Shown in pieces: positions 17,280 to 26,609 of a stretch of 64,000 bases of DNA; within the stretch, counting starts at the first letter, position 1; each line of letters starts with the position of its first letter. The DNA comes from an uncultured Gammaproteobacteria bacterium. GTDB lineage: Bacteria; Patescibacteriota; Patescibacteriia; UBA9934. The stretch is taken from the NCBI GenBank assembly GCA_964599455.1, contig CAZREA010000002.1, positions 51,810 through 115,809 on the forward strand, read 5' to 3'. A program made the position numbers and the translations under genes. The notes beneath the pieces were generated by a model, which worked only from the letters and a program-made list of their open reading frames with translations, made no database searches and was not told the DNA's origin.

Positions 17280-18077
17280 CTACCCGAGGGGAGGGACGGA
17301 GTAACCGGGGCGGTCGTCGCTCCGCCAACTGGCGAACAGCCTGACCTCACCGGAACCGGTGTGGCGGAGCACAACCACCACGCTCTGCCACTCCTCGCCA
17401 CCATTCTCGGGGACGTTAGCCTCATAGCCAGCGCAGTACCAGGCACAGGTCTTGTCGTAGTCGATGACGCCCACCCGCTTCGGGAACAACCACGCGAGCA
17501 CCAGGCCTTCGTCCGCGAGGGACTGGGCATTGCGCACCGACGTGACGTCTTTTCGCTTGCGGTTGGCCGAGAGGTCATTGATGATGACCCACTCGACGAC
17601 CGCGTGGTGTGTCTCATTGCCGTTGAGGAGCCGAAGGCGCTCCACGTCCTCGCCCTGATAAGGCATCGGCTTGGAGTGCAGCAGCTCCCAGCGCCAGTGC
17701 TTGGGGTGGACACGACGCATCGCTTCCCAGTGACGCTCGAAGGTAAGGTACACGCCCTCCGTGCCCTCGCCCCAGCGGATGCGGAGGCTGCGAAACGCAT
17801 CCTTGCCCTTGGGCCAGGCGGGAGCAGTATCGGCGAGCCGGAAGAACACGTCTTCAGTGATACCCCAGTTACCGGCCTCGTTCTGGGCACGAAGGGCGGC
17901 GAGCTGCTCGTCCACCGTCTGCTCGAATGGGTTGGCGTCGGCCTTCTGGTTCGCGGCCTCCACCACGAACTTCATCAGCTCGTCGTCGCCGAGAAGCTTG
18001 AGGAAGAGGGCCATGGAGCCGCCGAAGCGGAAGAAACGGCCGAAGAACTCATCGGCCTGACGGAGAAACACGTTCAT
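17280..18077 (-). CDS. DGR target (variable) protein, C-terminal VR
   Basis: GC-rich ORF ending in the VR; start placed at ATG 18077 after GAGGTG (uncertain). Confidence 0.9.
   Translation of the reverse strand: MNVFLRQADEFFGRFFRFGGSMALFLKLLGDDELMKFVVEAANQKADANPFEQTVDEQLAALRAQNEAGNWGITEDVFFRLADTAPAWPKGKDAFRSLRIRWGEGTEGVYLTFERHWEAMRRVHPKHWRWELLHSKPMPYQGEDVERLRLLNGNETHHAVVEWVIINDLSANRKRKDVTSVRNAQSLADEGLVLAWLFPKRVGVIDYDKTCAWYCAGYEANVPENGGEEWQSVVVVLRHTGSGEVRLFASWRSDDRPGYSVPPLG
17283..17415 (-). repeat. DGR variable repeat (VR)
   Basis: Encodes the last 44 residues of the target; 12 codons differ from TR. Confidence 0.95.
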
Positions 18078-18218
18078 CACGCACCTCGAAGCCATCTCTG
18101 ACCAGCCCACAGGAACGCGGCATGCGCCCCATGAACCCTGCCTCTGTTTATTGAGAATGGCGGTTTGGAGCCAAAAAAGCCACAAAACGCCATGCTCAAC
18201 TACGAGAAACAAGGGGTA

Positions 18219-18247
18219 ATAATAACAAAAAAAAGCAAAAAAGTCAA
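18219..18247 (-). promoter_or_regulatory. Putative sigma70 promoter of the DGR target gene
   Basis: TTGACT-17 nt-TATTAT with extended TG. Confidence 0.7.
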
Positions 18248-18263
18248 CGAACGTGACTGAAAT

Positions 18264-19088
18264 CTACGAATTCTTTTCAAAAAGAAGCTCGATGTGATTC
18301 ATGAGCTTGGGAAGCCCTTGCGCAATGTCCGCACTCAACGGTCCCTCGTGATCATCCATCGCCTCAAGAGCAATCCGAATCATAGAATGAAACCGTGTGG
18401 GAAGATGCTCAAGGCACCATCGCGCTGCAGCTCTCTTGGAGATGGGCTTGTTTTCGTGAAGCGTATAGGCGATTCGGCACAACTGAATCGTAAAATACAT
18501 CTGGTTCCACAAATCGTGACTTCCCCACTCTTCAATGCCTCTTTTTACTTCCTTAAACTTTTCTTGCAACGCATCCTGCAAAAGATGCGGATCTATTTCT
18601 GAAATAAACATTTTTGGCTCCGGACCGTAGAGCACAAGACCGCAATCACGAATATTTTGTATATCCATACTCGCCCCTTCCATATGAGCATTGTCTCGCA
18701 TTTGACCGCCAGAAAAACCGATCGTTTCAAGATGATTTTGTATCTCGCTTGTAATCGACTCTTTATTGGCAATGTCTAACTCTAGACGACGAAACCACGA
18801 ACTTGTTGCAAGTGGACCATTTTCATACCATTGTTGCAGACGAGATTGCCCTTCTGCATCAAGTGTCCTCGTTGTTACTACAAACACATCAACATCACTT
18901 CGTTCTTCTTCAAAATCGCCATACGACAATGATCCGTAAATATAGATTCCATACAAAACATCTTCCAACACGCTTGGAAGTTCTTTTTGTAAAATTCGTA
19001 AACATTTTTTGAGATCTTCGGGAATATTTTCTGTTTCAAAGTTTCGTTGACGTTGATATTCCATATTGTTCAAAACTGTATGATCCAT
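18264..19088 (-). CDS. Aminoglycoside adenylyltransferase-like nucleotidyltransferase (AadA/DUF4111)
   Basis: GIYIYGSLSYGDF..RSDVDVFVV pol-beta NTase motif; ISKRAAARWCLEHLP C-domain. Confidence 0.8.
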   Translation of the reverse strand: MDHTVLNNMEYQRQRNFETENIPEDLKKCLRILQKELPSVLEDVLYGIYIYGSLSYGDFEEERSDVDVFVVTTRTLDAEGQSRLQQWYENGPLATSSWFRRLELDIANKESITSEIQNHLETIGFSGGQMRDNAHMEGASMDIQNIRDCGLVLYGPEPKMFISEIDPHLLQDALQEKFKEVKRGIEEWGSHDLWNQMYFTIQLCRIAYTLHENKPISKRAAARWCLEHLPTRFHSMIRIALEAMDDHEGPLSADIAQGLPKLMNHIELLFEKNS

Positions 19089-19116
19089 ACATCACTTCTT
19101 TATCGTTTTTGTAATC

Positions 19117-20517
19117 TCATGCAAAAGTCTGCAACAGCGACAGTATTTCCTCTTTCTTCTCTTGCAAAAGAGCTTCGTCTTTCGCTTCAATCGTCACCCG
19201 CAAAATAGGCTCCGTGTTTGACGCACGAATCAAAAACCACCAATCACGATCAAACTCGCAACGCACGCCATCGATCGTCATCACGGTTGTTGCTTGCGAG
19301 GCATATTTTTCTTTTAACGCATCAATAGCTTCTTGTTTTTGATGAATTTCCAGATTCATTTCTTCGCTTTGGGCATAACGGCGATACGGGCGAACAAGAT
19401 CGGCAAATGATTGTCCAGATTTCTTCCACGTTGTGGCTATGCGAACAAAGGCGTGCTCAGTTGCTTCCAAAAAATGAAATTCGGGAAAGAAAAAATGGCT
19501 CGAGAATTCTCCGGCAAGCACAGCGTTTTCTTTTTTCATCAGTGCACTAATTTTAGTACGACCAACCGGTGACCAAATTACCTCTCCACCATGCGTTTCA
19601 ATTGCATCATTTACTGCGCGACTTTGATTCACGCACACCAATACTTTTCCGGATCCATGTTGTCGCAGATATTCCGTAGCCATGACCGCCAATGCCATGT
19701 CGCCCGTCAACGGCACACCTTCGTTATCAACAAAACCAATACGATCGGCATCGCCATCGAAGGCGACACCGAAATCCGCATTTACTTCCAAGACTTTTGC
19801 TCGGAGCACATCAAGCGTCTCAGTCTTTGCAGGATTCGCTTCGTGGTTTGGGAAATGCGCATCAGGTTCGGCATACAGTTCAACGCATTTGATGCCCAGT
19901 TTTTCACACAAGGGCTTAAACGCAACCGCCCCCATACCATTGCCATAATCAACGACGATTTTGATCCCATGAAGCGATTCGATACCGGGCCATCGCATGC
20001 AGGCTTGGAGATAATCTTCGAGGACGGCGACGGATTTCACGGATCCTTGCACAGACCCTCCTATACTCTTCCCTTCGCTTTCGCTCAGGGTCGAGCTTCG
20101 GAGGGCAGGTGGAACGGATGGCACCGGACTCTCTTCGATGATCTTATACATGTCACTGCCAGTGATCGGCGAACCATCGCCCAACGTGATTTTGATTCCA
20201 TTATATTCAGCAGGATTATGCGAAGCAGTGATCATGATGCCCGCGTTAGCTCCATATAATCCGACGACTGCATAATAAAAAAGAGGTGTCGTGCACATGC
20301 CAATATCAAGCACGTTCACACCAAGACTTGTCAGAGCTTCAGTCGCCGCCAAAGCGAGTTGCGGACTCGTCTCACGCATATCACGTCCGACGACCACGGT
20401 TTTTGCGCCTGTTTTTGCGACCAAAGCCCGTGCTACTGCTTCGGCTAAGGTTGGCGTTATTTCTGCAATCAAACCGCGAATATCGTAGGCACGAAAAATG
20501 TGTTGAGGAAAAAGCAT
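19117..20517 (-). CDS. manB: Phosphomannomutase/phosphoglucomutase (with in-frame repeat insertion)
   Basis: FRAYDIRG, ITASHNP, FDGDADR, GEFSSH, RASNTEP. Confidence 0.95.
   Translation of the reverse strand: MLFPQHIFRAYDIRGLIAEITPTLAEAVARALVAKTGAKTVVVGRDMRETSPQLALAATEALTSLGVNVLDIGMCTTPLFYYAVVGLYGANAGIMITASHNPAEYNGIKITLGDGSPITGSDMYKIIEESPVPSVPPALRSSTLSESEGKSIGGSVQGSVKSVAVLEDYLQACMRWPGIESLHGIKIVVDYGNGMGAVAFKPLCEKLGIKCVELYAEPDAHFPNHEANPAKTETLDVLRAKVLEVNADFGVAFDGDADRIGFVDNEGVPLTGDMALAVMATEYLRQHGSGKVLVCVNQSRAVNDAIETHGGEVIWSPVGRTKISALMKKENAVLAGEFSSHFFFPEFHFLEATEHAFVRIATTWKKSGQSFADLVRPYRRYAQSEEMNLEIHQKQEAIDALKEKYASQATTVMTIDGVRCEFDRDWWFLIRASNTEPILRVTIEAKDEALLQEKKEEILSLLQTFA
20051..20119 (+). repeat. 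69-bp palindromic element inside the PMM gene, with nested 20-bp repeat
   Basis: GACCCTCCTA...GAGCTTCGGAGGGCAGGT arms as in the pheT copy; loop contains CCCTTCGCTTTCGCTCAGGG. Confidence 0.8.
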
Positions 20518-20598
20518 AAGAAAAAGGATTTTTCATTGACTTTTAGGTCTGCTGTGCGTACGCTTACGGTAACAGATTCTTCATCTTTTTTCTACGAT

Positions 20599-21153
20599 AT
20601 GGAACTTGTTTTCTTGGTTCTTTTGGGACTCATCATTGTTGTGGCTTTGTGGTTAATGTTTACATTCAACGGTTTGGTGACTTTAAAAAATCGCGTGCAG
20701 GAAGCACTTAGTGACATCGAGGTTCAATTGAAACGTCGCTACGATCTTATTCCCAACTTGGTCAATACCGTGAAGGGATATGCGCAGCATGAAGACAGCG
20801 TTTTTACCAAAGTGACCGAAGCTCGATCAAAAGCCATGCAAGCAGGAACACCCGCCGAACATGCGCAAGCGGAAAACATGCTCACGCAAACGTTAAAATC
20901 ACTTTTTTCGGTTGCTGAGGCCTATCCAGACTTGAAAGCATCGGAGAATTTCCGCCATTTGCAAACCGAGCTTGTTGATGCAGAAGATAAAATTCAAGCT
21001 TCGCGCCGCTTCTACAATAGCCAGGTTCGCGACTTCAACACCAAATTGCAAGTCTTTCCTACCAACATGATTGGCACCTTACTCGGATTCACTTCTTATC
21101 AATTCTACGATGCACCTGAAGGTGTTGAAGCTACGCCGGAAGTGAAGTTCTAA
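20599..21153 (+). CDS. lemA: LemA family protein
   Basis: QLKRRYDLIPNLV, AEAYPDLKAS, RRFYN; start at ATG 20599. Confidence 0.95.
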   Translation: MELVFLVLLGLIIVVALWLMFTFNGLVTLKNRVQEALSDIEVQLKRRYDLIPNLVNTVKGYAQHEDSVFTKVTEARSKAMQAGTPAEHAQAENMLTQTLKSLFSVAEAYPDLKASENFRHLQTELVDAEDKIQASRRFYNSQVRDFNTKLQVFPTNMIGTLLGFTSYQFYDAPEGVEATPEVKF

Positions 21154-21155
21154 CT

Positions 21156-22046
21156 ATGTACTCGGCCATAACCTCCAACAAACGCCGCACCTGGGTACTC
21201 ATGATTATCATGAGTGCTTTTGTCTTGAGCTTGAGTGCATTTTTAGGATGGTTCATGGGCGCAGATACGTACACCGCGATTATTGGGGCAACGCTATTCA
21301 CAACCGTGTACGCACTGATCAGTTACTACTTCTCCGATCAGATTGCATTAATGACCAGTGGAGCGAAGCCGATACAAAAACGTGATGCACCCGAGCTGTA
21401 CAATCTGGTAGAAAATCTGTGTATCGCCAGTGGCCAACCAACGCCCGCTATCTACATTATTCCCGACGAAAGCCCAAATGCCTTCGCGACCGGACGCGAC
21501 CCTCAGCACGCATCGATTGCTGTGACCAGTGGGCTTCTCCGTATTCTTGATAAACAGGAATTAGAAGGTGTGATCGCCCACGAGCTTTCTCATATCAACA
21601 ATTATGATATCCGTATCATGACGATTGTGGTCGTACTTGTTGGCGCCATCATGTTGCTTTCAGATTTACTTTTGCGCGGTCATCTGTTTAGTGGCAGCAA
21701 TCGTCGCGAAGGCAATGCGGCAGTCTTGCTGCTTATTGGCGTAGCACTTGCGATTCTCTCTCCGCTTTTAGCTGAAATCATCAAACTCGCCGTTTCTCGA
21801 CAGCGAGAATATCTGGCTGATGCGTCGGGAGCGTTACTTACTCGGTATCCCGAAGCACTAGCCACAGCACTGGAAAAAATCGCGCAAGGCAGTGCCATGA
21901 AGCCGATGCATAATCCTAATCACGCCACTGCGCATCTCTTTATTTCTAGTCCATTTCGCGGAACAAAATCTTGGCTCTCGCAACTCTTCTCTACACATCC
22001 GCCAACAGAGGAACGTGTGAAGCGTTTGAGGGGTATGGGTCAATAA
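21156..22046 (+). CDS. htpX: M48 zinc metalloprotease HtpX
   Basis: PNAFATG, HELSH, SRQREYLAD, STHPP. Confidence 0.95.
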   Translation: MYSAITSNKRRTWVLMIIMSAFVLSLSAFLGWFMGADTYTAIIGATLFTTVYALISYYFSDQIALMTSGAKPIQKRDAPELYNLVENLCIASGQPTPAIYIIPDESPNAFATGRDPQHASIAVTSGLLRILDKQELEGVIAHELSHINNYDIRIMTIVVVLVGAIMLLSDLLLRGHLFSGSNRREGNAAVLLLIGVALAILSPLLAEIIKLAVSRQREYLADASGALLTRYPEALATALEKIAQGSAMKPMHNPNHATAHLFISSPFRGTKSWLSQLFSTHPPTEERVKRLRGMGQ

Positions 22047-22048
22047 GT

Positions 22049-24316
22049 ATGGCAGAACAGATGTTGGAAAAATTTAGCAATCCGTTGAAAAGCGTGCTCA
22101 CGCGAGCACTTGTTTTTGCTGCTGAACGCGGCGCAGAAACCATTACGCCGTCGCATCTTTTATGGGCACTAGCTACAGAACAAGAAGCCGTCAGTTCCGC
22201 GATTCTCCATAAAGCCCGTATCAATCTTGAAAGCATCATGACCGCAGCGCCTGGCGCTCGTGGTCCTGTTGCCGATTTCTCTCCCGAATCTGTTCCCAAT
22301 CTTGCCGAAGAAACGCGACGTATTTTAGAAAAAGCCATTCTCGCTGCCAATCTGCACGATCATCCCTTCGTTAGCACTCCGCATGTGCTGTTCGGATTTT
22401 TACAAGTACATCAACAAGAAGTAAGTGCGCTGTTGTTTACGACCGCAAACGTTGAACGACGCACATTTGAACACCACATTATTAAGGCACTCAAAGATGC
22501 GCGCGTACTGACCATCGATGAACAGAAAAAAGAAGAAGCAACAACGGAAACGTGTGAGCAGTGTGGCGAAAGTCATGATGGGGAGAGCGAAAAAAGTGCT
22601 TTGGAATATTTTGGCATTGAACTCACTGCCAAAGATCGACAGTCTGCCTTTTTACCACTGGTTGGTCGCGATGACGAGATTGAACGTCTTGCCCTTATTT
22701 TGACACGCAAAACCAAAAATAATCCTTTACTCCTGGGCGAGCCGGGCGTTGGCAAAACCGCTATTGTTGAGGGGCTGGCGCAACGCATTATTGCTGGCAC
22801 TGTTCCCGCAGCACTCAAGGAGGCGCGCATTTTTTCGCTTGATATGGCCGGACTTGTTGCAGGCGCCATGTATCGGGGTGATTTTGAAGCACGTTTGCTG
22901 GATATTTTGGAAGAAGTCGCCGAAATGAAACAGGCAATCTTATTTATCGATGAAGTTCATACCGTTGTGGGCGCCGGATCGGGTGGGAGTGCGCTTGATG
23001 CCAGTAATATCATGAAACCCGCACTTGCACGCGGCAATGTGCGCATTATTGGTGCAACCACATTTGAAGAATACAAAAAACATATCGAAATTGATGGCGC
23101 TCTGACGCGTCGTTTTATTCCGATTACCGTTTCTGAACCAAGTGCCAAAGATACGCTAAAAATTTTAGAAGGCATCCTACCCACCTTCACCAGCTTCCAT
23201 AAAGTTACCCTGAAAAAGCAGCTTCTCTCCACAATCGTCGAGCATGCCGAGCGGTATTTGCCCATCAAACGTTTCCCCGATAAAGCAATCGATATTCTTG
23301 ATGAACTTGGTGCACGTTGTGCAGGACGAGCAATCGAACACGCCGATATTCTCGCCACCGTCAGCCGCATTACCGGCATGCCGTTAGAACAATTGTCTGT
23401 TGATGAAAAACAAAAACTACGAAACGTAAAAGAGGAATTGCGCGAACATATTTTAGGACAAGATCAGGCCGTCGCCGCTATTGCTGATGCACTGCAAAAA
23501 GCAAAGCTCGGAATGTCCCCTCTTAATCGACCATTGGCATCATTTTTGTTTGCCGGACCATCGGGTGTAGGAAAAACCGAGCTCGGCAAAGCAGTTGCGC
23601 GCGTCATGTTTGGTGATGAAAAAGCACTCGTGCGCCTGGACATGACCGAATACAACGAAGGTCATAGTGTGAGCAAACTCACGGGCGCGCCTGCAGGCTA
23701 TGTTGGCTATCGCGATCGTGCTCGTCTTACTGATGCCGTGAAAGAACGTCCGCATTGTGTGGTGTTATGTGATGAACTGGAAAAAGCCCATCGTGATGTA
23801 CAAAACTTGTTGTTACATATTTTAGAAGAGGGGGAATTGCGTGATAGCGCCGGTACACTCATCAATTTCCGCAACGTGATTATCATCGCCACAACGAATG
23901 CGGGGCGAGAAAAATTTGAACGCGGTCAATTGGGATTTGCTGGCACCCACACGAATACCGAGCTTGATGCGCGATCATTGCTGGAGGATGCTTTTAAATC
24001 TGAGCTTCTCAACCGTTTTGATCGTATCTGCTTATTCCAGCCGCTTACAACCGAAACCTACGCCGGCATTGCACAAAAAGAATTGCGCGCACTCTCCCAA
24101 CGTCTCCAAAAACAACATCGTTCACTGACGGTTGATCGCCACGTCATCGAGCACATCGCGAACACCGTCAGCCACAAAAAAGGCGCGCGTGATATTCGTC
24201 ATCTTATCGCTCAACTCATCGAAAAACCCTTAACAGAAACGCTGCTTACGGAAAAAAGTATAAAGAAAGCATTGAAGGTAAAGAAGGATGCCAAAGGAAA
24301 GATTGTCATCGTATAA
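22049..24316 (+). CDS. Clp/Hsp100 ATPase (ClpA/ClpC-like, no M-domain)
   Basis: Clp N-domain, two AAA modules (GEPGVGKT/FIDEVH; GPSGVGKT/DELEKAH), LGF loop. Confidence 0.92.
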   Translation: MAEQMLEKFSNPLKSVLTRALVFAAERGAETITPSHLLWALATEQEAVSSAILHKARINLESIMTAAPGARGPVADFSPESVPNLAEETRRILEKAILAANLHDHPFVSTPHVLFGFLQVHQQEVSALLFTTANVERRTFEHHIIKALKDARVLTIDEQKKEEATTETCEQCGESHDGESEKSALEYFGIELTAKDRQSAFLPLVGRDDEIERLALILTRKTKNNPLLLGEPGVGKTAIVEGLAQRIIAGTVPAALKEARIFSLDMAGLVAGAMYRGDFEARLLDILEEVAEMKQAILFIDEVHTVVGAGSGGSALDASNIMKPALARGNVRIIGATTFEEYKKHIEIDGALTRRFIPITVSEPSAKDTLKILEGILPTFTSFHKVTLKKQLLSTIVEHAERYLPIKRFPDKAIDILDELGARCAGRAIEHADILATVSRITGMPLEQLSVDEKQKLRNVKEELREHILGQDQAVAAIADALQKAKLGMSPLNRPLASFLFAGPSGVGKTELGKAVARVMFGDEKALVRLDMTEYNEGHSVSKLTGAPAGYVGYRDRARLTDAVKERPHCVVLCDELEKAHRDVQNLLLHILEEGELRDSAGTLINFRNVIIIATTNAGREKFERGQLGFAGTHTNTELDARSLLEDAFKSELLNRFDRICLFQPLTTETYAGIAQKELRALSQRLQKQHRSLTVDRHVIEHIANTVSHKKGARDIRHLIAQLIEKPLTETLLTEKSIKKALKVKKDAKGKIVIV

Positions 24317-24409
24317 AAAGATTTCAAAACAACAAGCCCCACGCCGAGAACGACGCGAGCCGCTCCCGGTGGCCGGGTGAGGCTTGTCGTTCGGCGCGGG
24401 GCCGAGGGT

Positions 24410-24934
24410 TCAGGGGACCGGGGTGAAGTTCGTCCAGCGATGCATCTCAGGATCGCCACCGGGGTTCTCGAAGTAGAAGACGAGATCCCCCGCCATCATG
24501 CACAGTCGGGCACCGTGCTTGATGGTGGCACCGTTGGGGTAGGTGTCGACGTTGGACGCGAGGATCGCGAGCGGCTTCTGCTTGTCCGGACAGGAGTCGA
24601 TGAGGCCGTCGGCGAGAGAGATGGGCGAGTCGCGCTGCGGGTTGTTGACCCACATGATGCCCTGGGTGCTGCCCGTCCCGGAGACGAGCTTGACCTCGAC
24701 CATCACGCCGTTCTCGGTCGCGTTGACCTCGCTGATGCCCTCCGGACTCAAACAGAGCACCTGGTCCACCCACGGCATCGGCGAACGATAGCCGAGGGTG
24801 TAGTAGCCGGCACCCGCGTCGGTGCAGAACTGGCTCAGGTTGATGTAGTCGTGGAAGTCCGGCACCTTCGGCTCATCGGCCGAGGTATCCGCACAGCCAC
24901 TGGCGATGAGGAGTCCCAAGAAAGCGATGCGCAA
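24410..24934 (-). CDS. Putative lipoprotein (GC-rich island gene)
   Basis: GGAGGTG SD then TTG 24934; LRIAFLGLLIASGC lipobox-like signal. Confidence 0.6.
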   Translation of the reverse strand: MRIAFLGLLIASGCADTSADEPKVPDFHDYINLSQFCTDAGAGYYTLGYRSPMPWVDQVLCLSPEGISEVNATENGVMVEVKLVSGTGSTQGIMWVNNPQRDSPISLADGLIDSCPDKQKPLAILASNVDTYPNGATIKHGARLCMMAGDLVFYFENPGGDPEMHRWTNFTPVP

Positions 24935-25125
24935 AGCGCACCTCCGAAGAAGGAGTACGACGTTAGCCTCGTCGCCAGGCTGTGCCGCAGAGACTTTGGC
25001 AACGTACAAAAATAGCAGAAAATCCATTCCCTGTCCACCAAGAACCGCAAAAACTGGTCAAAAGGCCAGTTTTATGTTATCGTCTCGTGTCGACAATTTC
25101 CTACCACCTGTCGACCGAGGCAACC

Positions 25126-25473
25126 ATGAACATTCGCATGTTCACTATCGGTGCCACCATCCCGACAATCGCCGCGGTCATGATGGCCCTCACCTTCCCA
25201 TTTTCTGGCGCCATGAGCGGTGCCCTCAGCGTTGGGCTCGACAGCCTGTTCGGACCGGAGTGGGAGATGATCCCGTTGATGTCGCTCGCCCCGCTCCTCA
25301 TCGCCTACCTGTCGTACTGTCTGGCGGTGAGCATCATCATCTGGTTCTTCTTCCGACTCGCGGACGACAAGACGGTCTACCCGCCAGTCGACGAAGAGGG
25401 GCGACCGATGACCGCTTCGTTCAGCAGCCACGGCGGAGGCTTCCGCCTGTTGCGGCGGCATCATCGCCCGTGA
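25126..25473 (+). CDS. Small membrane protein (GC-rich island gene)
   Basis: GAGG SD, ATG 25126, two hydrophobic segments. Confidence 0.6.
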   Translation: MNIRMFTIGATIPTIAAVMMALTFPFSGAMSGALSVGLDSLFGPEWEMIPLMSLAPLLIAYLSYCLAVSIIIWFFFRLADDKTVYPPVDEEGRPMTASFSSHGGGFRLLRRHHRP

Positions 25474-25577
25474 ACGCAAGCAACCGCTTGGCCGGACGTC
25501 GTCGCTATGACGTCCGGAGCCCCTCAGTATTTGCAAAGATTTGTAGATACCGAGGGACTTCAACATCAGGAGACACC

Positions 25578-25910
25578 ATGCCCGTCATCATGACCGTCAC
25601 CGCACCCGCCAGCTCCGAGGACAAGACCTGGGCCGACCGGGATGCATTTTTCATCCTGCAAGGTCTGGGGGTGAAGCCACGGAACGCCCTCGCACGCTGG
25701 TTCCAAGGCCCTCGATTCATCCGCGTCATCGTCAAGACCCAAGACGCGGGGGACATCAAACTCCACATCAAGGTCATCCACGACAAGACCACCATCAGCT
25801 CGAGCGACGTCACCGTCGTGAACATCCACGTGCTCGACGAGCTCCTGCAGGCCATGCAGAACATCTCGCACGCCTGGCTGAGCAGAAATATCGCAGTTTG
25901 GAGACGCTGA
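25578..25910 (+). CDS. Hypothetical protein (GC-rich island gene)
   Basis: AGGAG SD, ATG 25578, C-ending codon bias. Confidence 0.6.
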   Translation: MPVIMTVTAPASSEDKTWADRDAFFILQGLGVKPRNALARWFQGPRFIRVIVKTQDAGDIKLHIKVIHDKTTISSSDVTVVNIHVLDELLQAMQNISHAWLSRNIAVWRR

Positions 25911-26064
25911 ACGACACCTTGTGCACTCACGTGCCAAAGACGCCACCTCGGCGCCCGCGGCCGTGGGTGCGTTTTTGTTTTTACCTTCGTTCTATGCGAA
26001 AGGGGTTTGGCATGCCAAACCCCCTCGGCCGTAGCACAGGGATACAGCGGCCCATGGGCGAGGC

Positions 26065-26514
26065 CTACATCTCAAAATACCTTTGCAAAATTGCCCGATA
26101 AATATCACCACGTCCTACTGACCCAACGATAACTCCCTCCTTTACAACGGGCACATGATGAATGCCACTTGCAACCATAAGCGCACCGACTTTTAAAATA
26201 GGTGTATCGGGTTCGGCGGTAATGAGACGCGTGGCCATGAGATCAGCCACCACTTTTCCTCCTACATGCTCAAGATCCTGTTCCATTTCTTGAAAATCTA
26301 AAAACGCGTGTGGTACTGCGGTCCATTCTTTATATCCGGGAAAGATGCCCCGAAATAAATCCTTTTCCGACACAATACCGACCAGCTTTCCCTGTTCATC
26401 AACCACATATGCGGTTGACACTCCCTCCTTCAACAACAATCCCGCAACCTCGCGCCAGCTGACATGTGGCAGTACAACCACACCGGGCGCAGACATGACA
26501 TCACGGACATGCAT
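26065..26514 (-). CDS. CBS domain pair protein
   Basis: VRDVM...VVDEQGKLVGIVSEKD; VADLM...HHVPVV...GDI. Confidence 0.9.
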   Translation of the reverse strand: MHVRDVMSAPGVVVLPHVSWREVAGLLLKEGVSTAYVVDEQGKLVGIVSEKDLFRGIFPGYKEWTAVPHAFLDFQEMEQDLEHVGGKVVADLMATRLITAEPDTPILKVGALMVASGIHHVPVVKEGVIVGSVGRGDIYRAILQRYFEM

Positions 26515-26609
26515 AGAATTTCTCGTGAAGAGTCTTTTGGGCGATGACAGGACTTTCACGCAAAAAAAATGCGAAGTGCTGTCTCAATTCGAGTATACTA
26601 TACACATCT

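Larger units (their letters stand above)
15251..18077. mobile_element. Diversity-generating retroelement cassette (target-VR, TR, avd, RT)
   Basis: All four components present; TR/VR mismatches are adenine-specific. Confidence 0.95.

Noticed and set aside
17361-18101. 246-aa plus-strand ORF (also 17117..17890)
   Set aside because: Antisense or alternative-frame shadow of the GC-rich target gene.
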